Of a stretch of DNA of 43,035 nt, positions 9,921 to 18,185 are shown piece after piece. Made by a program: the position numbers and the translations under genes. The stretch spans positions 1 through 43,035 of the IMG/VR virus record IMGVR_UViG_3300030098_004559. One strand, given 5' to 3'. The stretch is from a virus. Lineage: Duplodnaviria > Caudoviricetes. Every line of letters begins with the position of its first letter. Within the stretch, counting starts at the first letter, position 1. The notes beneath the pieces were generated by a model. The model ran no database searches. It saw only the letters and a list, made by a program, of their open reading frames with translations, and was not told the DNA's origin.

Positions 9921-11942
9921 TTACCCTACGCCTGGTGGTATAGGGGCTTGTTGTTGTTGAGAGTTAACCGCTTCTTGAGCAGAAGCCAAGTCCTCAGCGA
10001 CCCTCTGAGTCTTACCTTTCTGCTTTTGCTGTTCTATTTCAGCTTTTGCTTTGACCTTTTCTGTAGCAGTGTGAACTCTTTTTGTAGCTTCAGAGATTTC
10101 AGCTCTCATGTTGCTATGGAACAGTTCACGTTCTCTAGTTTGTAGGTCACCTTGCAATCCTTTTAATTGTTCTTGTAGTTGTGCAGTTTGTGATTGTAGC
10201 TGTGCTATTTCTCCAAACCTAGCTATTAATCCTTGTTTATCCATATCAGTGTTCATATTTAATATGACTTGTGTTCTATCAATAATACCTGCACCCAACA
10301 ATTGTAAATCTTTTTGTAATTGAGCTGATGGTGACTTAGCTCTAGTAGAGCCTATAACAACTTTAATGTCTACTGTATGTGATACTAAGTCATACATTCT
10401 TTCTATGTTGCCAGTCTCTGGCTGTATAAATGCTTGATTTATTACAACTTCACTAAACTGACCATAGTCATCAACTAGTCTTAAAATTCTTTCTTGATTA
10501 TATACCCATGGTAACCATTGTATTGCAATCTTACCTGCTTTAGTTAACATATCATATATAGGTAATACTTTCCAATTTTGTTTTCTAGATACTGCTTCTT
10601 CAACAATTTGTGCTTCACCGACTGTTCCAGGAGCTGCTGATGCCAGTCCTTGCATATATTTATAAGCACCAAAAACTTGCTCTATATCCATTTCATATCT
10701 TTGTTTTTCTGAAAACAACTGTGAAGATACTGCAGGTGGAGTAAACTCTTTTATCTTACCTTCTCTTAATGCCCCAGGGTTTGCCCTTATAACTGAGTTT
10801 GGTATGTTCCATTTTTGCAGTTCCCCTGGATCAACAGCACCATCTTCTACTACTAACTTAAAATTTGTTGTTGCATTTGTATGAGCTATTATTAATGCCT
10901 CAGTTCTATTTAACATTCTTTGTGGGCTTTTAGCGTGCCTTACATCTCCAGCAGGATAAGGCGTACCAGTATGCTCATTGCATGCAGGTATTATAGGATA
11001 GTTTGTTATAGGGTGCACTTCATCATAATAAATTTTATCCCCAATAACACATGTTTCCCTAATTAAAGTATCATATATTATGTCTTCAGTAACAGCACCT
11101 TCATTTAAAAGTTTTTGATATCTTGAGTCTTCTGCTAGTGCAGCATAACCATCTTTATCATATGCTTGGTATTTACCTGACATAGTTTCTGTAATCAAAG
11201 CTTTAGGCACAGATACCTTTGCAAATCTTATAAATTTTCTACATTTAGGTTGGCTATCGTCCGAAACGTCTCCACGTGTATATATTTCATCTCTGTTAAA
11301 ATTATCACTACCTATTTCGTTTCTATAGTAATCTTCTCTGGCATCATCTATTTCATCTGCAAAATCTGGAAAAGATATTTTTAAAGATTCTTTAGTGTGT
11401 AAGTCAGATATGATAATACTAGTCGCATCTGAAAAGTCTGGCATAGCTGAGTTAGGGTCCACAAAAACAGACTCAGGTTTAATATTTTTAACACGAACAG
11501 CTCCAAGGCCATTGTCTCCTTGATAGTCTGGATAAACATACATATACGCAATTCCTTTAACAAGGTAGTCCTTACATGATTGCCTAAATTGTACATCGCC
11601 GTCTGAGTCTCTCCAAATTTTGTCTACTAATTGATTATATACTTTTGATAACCCGCCATCCATTTCACCAATTGGTTCAATGTCCCATTCTGGATTTGTT
11701 CCAGCAATGTTAGATAATACTTGTTCAACAGCAGGTCTTATTTTATTATTAGACTCAGCTGGTTGCCCAACACTATGCAGATAATCTTTTTGTGAATCTG
11801 TTAATTGATTTCCTAAATAAAATGCTTCGTCTTCTGCAATTTGAAAACGATATTCTGAAGAGTCAGACTCGTAATACGTGTACTCATCTCTTACGTCGCC
11901 TGCTTCTAATTCTGGTAGATCTAGGTCTTTTAATTTTAACAT
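9921..11942 (-). CDS. Portal protein (P22-like)
   Basis: 673 aa with FYLGNQ, NKIRPAVEQV, VFVDP and SPQRMLN motifs and a C-terminal coiled coil; directly downstream of terL. Confidence 0.88.
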   Translation of the reverse strand: MLKLKDLDLPELEAGDVRDEYTYYESDSSEYRFQIAEDEAFYLGNQLTDSQKDYLHSVGQPAESNNKIRPAVEQVLSNIAGTNPEWDIEPIGEMDGGLSKVYNQLVDKIWRDSDGDVQFRQSCKDYLVKGIAYMYVYPDYQGDNGLGAVRVKNIKPESVFVDPNSAMPDFSDATSIIISDLHTKESLKISFPDFADEIDDAREDYYRNEIGSDNFNRDEIYTRGDVSDDSQPKCRKFIRFAKVSVPKALITETMSGKYQAYDKDGYAALAEDSRYQKLLNEGAVTEDIIYDTLIRETCVIGDKIYYDEVHPITNYPIIPACNEHTGTPYPAGDVRHAKSPQRMLNRTEALIIAHTNATTNFKLVVEDGAVDPGELQKWNIPNSVIRANPGALREGKIKEFTPPAVSSQLFSEKQRYEMDIEQVFGAYKYMQGLASAAPGTVGEAQIVEEAVSRKQNWKVLPIYDMLTKAGKIAIQWLPWVYNQERILRLVDDYGQFSEVVINQAFIQPETGNIERMYDLVSHTVDIKVVIGSTRAKSPSAQLQKDLQLLGAGIIDRTQVILNMNTDMDKQGLIARFGEIAQLQSQTAQLQEQLKGLQGDLQTRERELFHSNMRAEISEATKRVHTATEKVKAKAEIEQQKQKGKTQRVAEDLASAQEAVNSQQQQAPIPPGVG

Positions 11943-11954
11943 ATCAGTCCTCGT

Positions 11955-11984
11955 ATATTAATACAGTTTTATTAATAGTTGCAA
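11955..11984 (-). promoter_or_regulatory. Candidate sigma70-type promoter for the portal-capsid operon
   Basis: Minus strand TTGCAA-N18-TAATAT in the terL-portal spacer, followed by a GAGGA SD. Confidence 0.3.
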
Positions 11985-11997
11985 CGATAATGTGTAA

Positions 11998-13614
11998 TTA
12001 GGCATAAAAAATTTCGCCCGTTTCCCAGTCTTGGCCTACAATAACTCGCTCTTGAGCCCATTCGCCAGCTTCATCTTGTTCGACATGTGGAGCGTATATA
12101 TCATCCATTGACCATCTTAAAGCATCTAAGGTATCCTTTGTTGAAGTTCCATGTTCTTTAAATCCTAACAACTCTTGTTCTAGCTCTTCATGTTCTTTTT
12201 TCAAAAATACAGATTTAGATGCAAACATCGGTTGCATTTGTTTTATTCTATAAAATTTCTTTTGAATTGCTTTTTTAGTATTTATGTGTAAAAATCTTCC
12301 AGTTTTTTTAGATACTCTAAATAAATAGTCTGCTAACATCACATGACCTGTTTCCTCTATGTTAACAAATTTAGGATGATAAATATCTGATAGCTCTAAT
12401 ATTTTCTGAGCCCCATCCATGGGGGTAACTTGTCCTCTAAAGTAGTCTATAACATATATATTGTTTTCAGCATCTACACCAATTACCATTACTACAGTAT
12501 AGTTTGCTTTTACATTTTCAGATGATGCAGGGTCAACACCCATAAAAATATTTACAGGTTTTTGTATTCTTTCGCCATCCTCTTCCATAGAGATGAAATC
12601 AATCCCGCCCTTATGAACATAGTCACCTTTATAATACTGGATATCGTCACGCTTGAAGACTCGAAAGGAATCATCCATTGGTATATTTTGGTACTCTTGG
12701 AAGAAATATGCGATATCGCCTTTTGACCTAGCTTCTTCTTTTTTAGCTTCAAGCCACGAATACGGCCTTCTTTCGGGCCATAATACCATTGGTTCTTTGT
12801 TTTTAAGTATTTCTTTTCCTGAGGAAACAAATTGATTATTCTCTGTTTCTTGTAATATAGCTTGATAAAACAGTGACTTCCAACCTTTTATTATTCTATT
12901 GCCGTTTTTATCAAAGGCTCTGGATCCTCCAATCCGATTCAAATAAGCGTCCTCGTCGATTATCGTACCGACAAATACTATCTTACCGTCATCACTTCCA
13001 GGTACGACTGCGGTATCTATCCATCTTCTAAACTTGTTTCGTTGTTCAACAGTAGCCGCATTTCCGTCACCTTCGCCATCATCTATTATTGTAAGCGTAG
13101 GTCTATATGCGCCATACTTAAGCCCCCTAACCTTTTGCCCAGTACCCCTAACCATTACTTTACAAACACCACTCGGGGTTCCGTCTTTATTGAATCCAGT
13201 TATAATTTCTTTTTCTTCTTTACCCCAAACATCCCCTATTCTATTGCCAAAAAAATATTGCAGCTTTTCATTGTATTCTATTTCATCGCCCAAGCTTTCA
13301 AGTAAATATTTTGACTGCATTTCTGATTCGGAAATAAGTAAAACGAATTTTTCCTCACCAAACAAAATTCTATGCAATGGATATATTAGCGAGCAAAGTG
13401 TTGACTTAGCGTGCCCCCTTGGGGCTATAATCGCAATTTTTTCGCCGCCTTTTATATGAAGCAAGGAATTAAATATTTCTTTATGAAAAGGTGGAGACTC
13501 ATTACGTACATGATAGTTCATAGGATAATTCTTATCGCCAAAAATAAATTTAGCAAAGAAGAAAGGGTCTACATACATTCTCTTGAGCAACTGTTGTTTT
13601 TCTTTTTCTGTCAT
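11998..13614 (-). CDS. terL: Terminase large subunit
   Basis: Walker A APRGHAKST, Walker B IIDDGE, coupling motif VGT, FFQEYQN, nuclease GVDPA and DTLDAL. Confidence 0.93.
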   Translation of the reverse strand: MTEKEKQQLLKRMYVDPFFFAKFIFGDKNYPMNYHVRNESPPFHKEIFNSLLHIKGGEKIAIIAPRGHAKSTLCSLIYPLHRILFGEEKFVLLISESEMQSKYLLESLGDEIEYNEKLQYFFGNRIGDVWGKEEKEIITGFNKDGTPSGVCKVMVRGTGQKVRGLKYGAYRPTLTIIDDGEGDGNAATVEQRNKFRRWIDTAVVPGSDDGKIVFVGTIIDEDAYLNRIGGSRAFDKNGNRIIKGWKSLFYQAILQETENNQFVSSGKEILKNKEPMVLWPERRPYSWLEAKKEEARSKGDIAYFFQEYQNIPMDDSFRVFKRDDIQYYKGDYVHKGGIDFISMEEDGERIQKPVNIFMGVDPASSENVKANYTVVMVIGVDAENNIYVIDYFRGQVTPMDGAQKILELSDIYHPKFVNIEETGHVMLADYLFRVSKKTGRFLHINTKKAIQKKFYRIKQMQPMFASKSVFLKKEHEELEQELLGFKEHGTSTKDTLDALRWSMDDIYAPHVEQDEAGEWAQERVIVGQDWETGEIFYA

Positions 13615-13817
13615 GCTATTGTATCTACGTCGATTCCTTTTACTATCTCTATATACTCTTTTAACACGTTATTTTCATACATCAGAGCCTCTACTAAACT
13701 CAGGACTCCCTTTTCTAGGGTATAGCTTTTTGTCCCCACTATTAGCAGATTTCTTTTTACGTCTAGGCTTACTGTTTCCTCTTTTATCAGAGGTATCTCC
13801 GTTTTTATCGACTCCAT
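13611..13817 (-). CDS. Hypothetical protein (68 aa) overlapping the terS 3' end
   Basis: GGAGA SD 5 nt before ATG; its TGA overlaps the terL ATG (ATGA coupling). Confidence 0.6.
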   Translation of the reverse strand: MESIKTEIPLIKEETVSLDVKRNLLIVGTKSYTLEKGVLSLVEALMYENNVLKEYIEIVKGIDVDTIA

Positions 13818-14595
13818 TTATATCTCCAAAATTAATCATATTGTTTATTTCTTTGTCTGATAAGTTCTTTCTAAACTCTGCAAGTATCTTTTTGTCGCCC
13901 TCTGATATTGCAATAGTAGTTGTACCTTCTAGTTGTTCTACTTTCTTTTCATCGTGACCAAGTAAAGTACTTACTCTATTTAATGCGGACAATCTAACAT
14001 TTGGAGTTATTTTTTCGTTTTCTACAAACTTTTTCAAATTAGTAGCAACATAGTCGTCATCTAAACCAATAGACTCTAACTTGTCTTTCATTAATTCACT
14101 CATATGTTCTTGTATCCTCTTTTTTTTTAAAATAATATTTCCACGCTTTAATGAGTTAGTTGGGTTATTGTCTCTATATACAGACTGATAAGCGTTGACT
14201 ACACTTTCATTTGTCCACATGCCATTGTCTTCCATCTTACCCTTTGTGCTTAATATATCAATAAACCTTTTTTGTAGTATCGTAGGCTTTACATCTTTTT
14301 CTACCTCATAATAAAAACCTTTGTCATTTCTTGGATCAGGATACTTCTTTGCATACAATGTCGACTTGTATGTCGGTGTTTCTCCAAAACCAGTCCTTAT
14401 ATAGTGTATAGGCTTCTTTCTATCCTTTAATTGCGTCTTGCGTCTTGATATAACTTGTATAACCATATTATCATTAGTAAGCACCCAATCGCCCTTATCA
14501 GCGTAGCGCCAATCATCACGATACTCTATGTTGTTGTCCTTAGCTTCTTGTACACTATATATGTGAAATTCTTTGTTTCTACACTTAATAAGCAT
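13675..14595 (-). CDS. terS: Probable terminase small subunit
   Basis: 306 aa, first gene of the late arm upstream of terL; helical region AYQSVY...RIQEHM...RLSALNRVSTLLG resembles TerS. Confidence 0.55.
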   Translation of the reverse strand: MLIKCRNKEFHIYSVQEAKDNNIEYRDDWRYADKGDWVLTNDNMVIQVISRRKTQLKDRKKPIHYIRTGFGETPTYKSTLYAKKYPDPRNDKGFYYEVEKDVKPTILQKRFIDILSTKGKMEDNGMWTNESVVNAYQSVYRDNNPTNSLKRGNIILKKKRIQEHMSELMKDKLESIGLDDDYVATNLKKFVENEKITPNVRLSALNRVSTLLGHDEKKVEQLEGTTTIAISEGDKKILAEFRKNLSDKEINNMINFGDINGVDKNGDTSDKRGNSKPRRKKKSANSGDKKLYPRKGSPEFSRGSDV

Positions 14596-15023
14596 AAAAT
14601 AATATACAAAAACATTTTATTTATTGAAATAGCATTGTTATATTATAATACTTCAATGCTCAATCTCTCGGGGGGTCAGCTCCTAAATACAGCAAATTCC
14701 CATCTGGCTCCCCACTCTCCTAAAAGTTGAAAAATAGCGTAAAAAATCTGTAGGAGGTAGATATATATATACGTGCCCCCATGTGTTGCCGAACGCGTTC
14801 CTAGATTCCGTTGAGTTCGCGTTGGTTTTCTCGTCGGATCCACCTACGCGTGTGTGTACCTGATATAGGCAATTTTTTTTTTGCCCTTTCACCGAAGAGA
14901 ATCGAAGGCACAGCCACCAAACACCGAAGAGAAAGCACCTTGTCAAGTGTTTTAAAAAGTTTTTTTACGAAGGGGAACGGCATTTATTTTCAAATATTGC
15001 CTTATCTATGCCTAATATTCAGC

Positions 15024-15070
15024 AGTGGCAGTAGCAACAGCAGTAATGAAGCCACTAAGCTTTTTGAAAT
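15024..15070 (+). promoter_or_regulatory. boxB-like hairpin plus boxA-like antitermination motif
   Basis: Stem AGTGGC(15024-29)/GCCACT(15051-56), followed by GCTTTTTGAAAT (15059-70), which resembles rrn boxA. Confidence 0.35.
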
Positions 15071-15110
15071 AGTCTTGGAGGGTGAGCAGTGTAAGACCAA
15101 ACCCTTTAAA

Positions 15111-15665
15111 CGTAAGAGTGTGACCGAAATGCTAATATTGGGAATTGTGCAGACAATTCTAGTGGGGAACGAAAAGATACAAGAGTGACTATCTTGTAAG
15201 GTTTAAGCCATAGGCTTTAACACGTCAAAAACGAAATCCACAGCCTAGAGTTAGCTATGTATGGATTAGGAACTAAGGACAGCATTTTAATTACTAATGG
15301 ATATAGCCCTTATCAGAATAGTTAGGGAACGAAACGAGAGCATAATATTGCTAGCCATATAGAATTAAATTTAATGAAGTGGAACACCAACCAAAAAGAC
15401 ATCGTACGTAGTAATATGACGTGCAGAAGGGTTACTAGTCGGTAATCTGAGATATAGACTGACGTTTAGTCGATTTTAGGCTGAAGTTAGATTAGGGCGA
15501 AACGTGTTTGCAATAACACCCATTAGAAGAGAAAAACTTCTTTTTCTATCTGTAGCGGATAGACTAACATATAGTATTTATTATAATATGATAGTGCGAG
15601 GACGAAAACAAAACTAACCTATGGTAATGTTTTGGAGTAGTAGCAGTTGTGCAATAAATCTTACG
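15111..15665 (+). ncRNA. Candidate large structured non-coding RNA (~555 nt; ROOL/GOLLD-like class, family unassigned)
   Basis: No credible ORF. Ends pair (CGTAAGA 15111-17/TCTTACG 15659-65, extended by a G-U-rich helix). Many local hairpins, several long-range helices and six CGAAA motifs. Confidence 0.6.
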
Positions 15666-15717
15666 GCTTGAAATTTCCTTACAATACACACAAACAATAT
15701 ATAAATGGGGGTTATTT

Positions 15718-15846
15718 ATGGTAGAATCATTATTGACATTTATAGCAATTATATTTATTCAATTTATATTAATTGTTATAGCATTAAATAAAATAGAAAG
15801 ATTACAAAGAAAGATAGAAATTTATATTAATAGACTTGATGCTTAG
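15718..15846 (+). CDS. Small membrane protein (42 aa)
   Basis: MVESLLTFIAIIFIQFILIVIALNKIERLQRKIEIYINRLDA; GGGGG SD; one transmembrane segment. Confidence 0.55.
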   Translation: MVESLLTFIAIIFIQFILIVIALNKIERLQRKIEIYINRLDA

Positions 15847-15947
15847 CTATCAATCGATGAACAGCTAAGTTCTTAACGCTTACCAAATAGCATATCTCTA
15901 AGCCTGTTGAAACATACAGGCACAGAATTAAAAAGATAGGAGTACAT

Positions 15948-16112
15948 ATGGATTGCATATTATGTTGTGGAAATGATGTCAAAGCAACCAAGCAAATAGT
16001 ATTTAAGAATAGATTTGCACCCGATGAACATATAGAGCTTTGTGATATACATTATTGTGACTCTGTAAAAGATCTATCTAAGGGTGCAGATGTAAAAGTA
16101 TTAGATATATAA
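15948..16112 (+). CDS. Small Cys/His (zinc-binding-like) protein (54 aa)
   Basis: MDCILCCG...ELCDIHYCD...; AGGAG SD. Confidence 0.6.
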   Translation: MDCILCCGNDVKATKQIVFKNRFAPDEHIELCDIHYCDSVKDLSKGADVKVLDI

Positions 16113-16129
16113 AGTAAGGATAAACAACG

Positions 16130-16852
16130 ATGAAGCTAATAAGTGAACCTAAGGTAAACTATAAGATAAAAAAGAACCTAAAAAAAGGGTACTATACATA
16201 TAGTTTAGCATTAGCACATTCTGATATAAGTGGTTATAATGTATGTCCTAGGGCAAACAGACTACGAATGGGTGAGAATGTGAACAAGAAAAGCACTTGT
16301 TCATCTGTTTGTGTAGGGTATAATGGATTCGCTCAAAGGTTTCCAAGTGTGATGGAGGCAAGGGTGCGAAAAACCAAGATGTTCTACGAAGACAGGGGGA
16401 CATTCCTAGAGTTGTTAGAGCAAGATATATCTAAAGGTATCGTAAAAGCTGAGAAATTAGGCTTTAAACCGACGTTTAGATTAAATGCATACTCTGATAT
16501 ACTTTGGGAAAACTATGGTATTATTGATAAGTTTAGCGATGTAACATTTTATGATTACACTAAGATAGCTAACAGAAAAAGAATACCAAGTAATTACCAA
16601 TTGACGTATTCACATTGGGGTAATTGGGAAGATACTATGAATGCATTAGGTAGAGGTATGAATGTGGCGATGGTATTTGATAAGACACCAAGTGAGTGGA
16701 ATGGATTTGAAGTAGTAGATGGAGATGAGACAGACCTAAGAATAGATGAGAAAGATAGTAAAGGAAACAATACAATAATAGGACTCAAGTTCAAAGGTAG
16801 TAAGAAAGAGCTAGAGCAAGGAATAAAAGATAGATTTGTAGTAAAAGCTTAA
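16130..16852 (+). CDS. GP88-family phage protein (Cys-cluster, possibly Fe-S)
   Basis: CP..C...C, RLNAYSDI.WE, FYDYTK, NYQLTYS, DGDETDLR and GLKFKG motifs match my recollection of the GP88 family. Confidence 0.7.
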   Translation: MKLISEPKVNYKIKKNLKKGYYTYSLALAHSDISGYNVCPRANRLRMGENVNKKSTCSSVCVGYNGFAQRFPSVMEARVRKTKMFYEDRGTFLELLEQDISKGIVKAEKLGFKPTFRLNAYSDILWENYGIIDKFSDVTFYDYTKIANRKRIPSNYQLTYSHWGNWEDTMNALGRGMNVAMVFDKTPSEWNGFEVVDGDETDLRIDEKDSKGNNTIIGLKFKGSKKELEQGIKDRFVVKA

Positions 16853-16870
16853 AGTAAGGAGAAAACAAAG

Positions 16871-17110
16871 ATGATAGGAGCTAAAATAGTCGATGTTCGA
16901 CTAATGAAAAAGAAAGACCTAGAGTTTGAAGGATGGGAACATGCTAATGAATTATCTGCTGTGATAGTCTTAGATAATGGCGATAAGATATATGCATCGC
17001 AAGACTATGAAGGTAACGGACCTGGGGCATTGTTTGGAGTTAGAAGTCCCGAAAAAATCAATAAAGAAGATGGTGCTAGAGGATTCGTAGTGTATCCAGA
17101 GGAGAAGTAA
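16871..17110 (+). CDS. Hypothetical protein
   Basis: 79 aa with a phage-type motif (LDNG..IYASQDYEGNGPGALF); AGGAG SD. Confidence 0.75.
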   Translation: MIGAKIVDVRLMKKKDLEFEGWEHANELSAVIVLDNGDKIYASQDYEGNGPGALFGVRSPEKINKEDGARGFVVYPEEK

Positions 17111-17322
17111 TGAGAAACGATGAAAAGATAATAGCTTGTCTTAGAGAGATAAGTGAAAACATAGGTAGTGGATTGTTTGATATAGATGGTGAAACTATGG
17201 ATGAGCTTATTGAGTGTGGTGCAAGAGAGTTTGAGATAGATGAGCTAGAAGTAGCACTAGACAATGCAATCAAGTGGATGGAATGGGATTATAAGTTAAG
17301 GAGTGAAAATAAAGATGAGTGA
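17110..17322 (+). CDS. Hypothetical acidic protein
   Basis: 70 aa; TAATG coupling; SD. Confidence 0.65.
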   Translation: MRNDEKIIACLREISENIGSGLFDIDGETMDELIECGAREFEIDELEVALDNAIKWMEWDYKLRSENKDE

Positions 17323-17470
17323 ATATCATGAAGTAGGTTTCTCTTCAGAGTGTCCAGAAGATGTATGTAATGGAAGAGTAGAAGGTAGTGGTTATGCAGA
17401 TGAGTATGGTGAAATAGTAAAGTTTATATACCAGAAATGTATTAAATGTGGATGGAATCAAGCATCATAG
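17315..17470 (+). CDS. Small zinc-ribbon-like protein (51 aa)
   Basis: MSEYHEVGFSSECPEDVCNG...QKCIKCGWNQAS; CP..C and CxxC motifs; AGGAG SD. Confidence 0.6.
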   Translation: MSEYHEVGFSSECPEDVCNGRVEGSGYADEYGEIVKFIYQKCIKCGWNQAS

Positions 17471-17478
17471 GAGTAAAA

Positions 17479-17658
17479 ATGAAAGAAAAAGATATAAAAG
17501 TAGGTAGCCTAGTAGTATTGAGAGATACGTGGGGTGCAGGGCAAGTTAAAAAAGTTGTAGTGCAAGGATTTGGAGAACATAAAGGATTTAAAGTGTTTGA
17601 TTATGATGATAATAGGTGGGCTTATATGGATCAAATCACGAGAGTAATAAAGTATTAG
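17479..17658 (+). CDS. Hypothetical protein (59 aa, SH3-like beta protein)
   Basis: ATG 17479 after an AGGAG SD; MKEKDIKVGSLVVLRDTWG...WAYMDQITRVIKY. Confidence 0.65.
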   Translation: MKEKDIKVGSLVVLRDTWGAGQVKKVVVQGFGEHKGFKVFDYDDNRWAYMDQITRVIKY

Positions 17659-17738
17659 GGGAGCTATGAGGTTGTACAGCTGGGAAGGCACAAGTTCCTA
17701 GGTAACGTGTCATTACTACCTACAACCAAGCTTCCCCT
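17657..17738 (+). ncRNA. Candidate structured RNA element: three-way junction with kissing loops
   Basis: Stems 17657-65/17729-38, 17670-76/17721-27, 17680-86/17695-701 and 17702-05/17713-16; loops GGCAC and GTGTC are complementary. Confidence 0.5.
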
Positions 17739-17766
17739 TAGATTTCATTAATACAGGAGAAGAAAG

Positions 17767-18039
17767 ATGAAGTTCAAGTTAGAAGAGTTAGGTACTCATA
17801 CAATAATAAAAAAACTATCGAGTCTAGACTTTAAAGACTTAGATAGAATAGAAGAAGAGGTAAAGTATCTTAAAGGCAGACATTTTAGAGTAGGTGCAAA
17901 TGTGTCCTTTGAAAGACGTAAAGATGGTAGTAGATTATATGGTGTCATACATAAAGTAAATCCTAAGAGCATAGGAATTGACACAGAGCATGAAGGTCGA
18001 TGGAAAGTATCAACATCATTAGTTAGATTGGAGGGTTAA
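17767..18039 (+). CDS. Hypothetical protein (C-terminal SH3-like)
   Basis: 90 aa; FRVGANVSF...GVIHKVNPKSI...WKVSTSL; AGGAG SD. Confidence 0.7.
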   Translation: MKFKLEELGTHTIIKKLSSLDFKDLDRIEEEVKYLKGRHFRVGANVSFERRKDGSRLYGVIHKVNPKSIGIDTEHEGRWKVSTSLVRLEG

Positions 18040-18185
18040 TGAAAGTAGAAGAAGTTTGTAATGATGTATATGCAGTAGATATAGTTCTTGAAAAAGAAGA
18101 CTTAAAGAAAATTAGAAAAGGAAAACTAATTCACTTTGAATGCATAAAATCAGATACAGAAATTTACATTACTATGGAGAGATAA
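18039..18185 (+). CDS. Hypothetical protein (48 aa)
   Basis: MKVEEVCNDVYAVDIVLEKEDLKKIRKGKLIHFECIKSDTEIYITMER; fills the gap; GGAGG SD. Confidence 0.6.
   Translation: MKVEEVCNDVYAVDIVLEKEDLKKIRKGKLIHFECIKSDTEIYITMER

Noticed and set aside
14455-15188. ORFs 14455-14730, 14683-14946, 14801-14983 and 14811-15188
   Set aside because: They overlap mutually on both strands, have atypical composition and lack a convincing SD; the region is better explained as non-coding.
15447-15504. Hammerhead ribozyme (CTGACGT/CTGAAGT ... CGAAAC)
   Set aside because: No exact CUGANGA core and no stem II between the core halves.
15859-15921. Pistol/twister-like ribozyme from short stems GAAC/GTTC, GCTTA/TAAGC and GCCTGT/ACAGGC
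   Set aside because: Stems are short and partly compete, and the conserved catalytic nucleotides are missing; only the last hairpin is credible.
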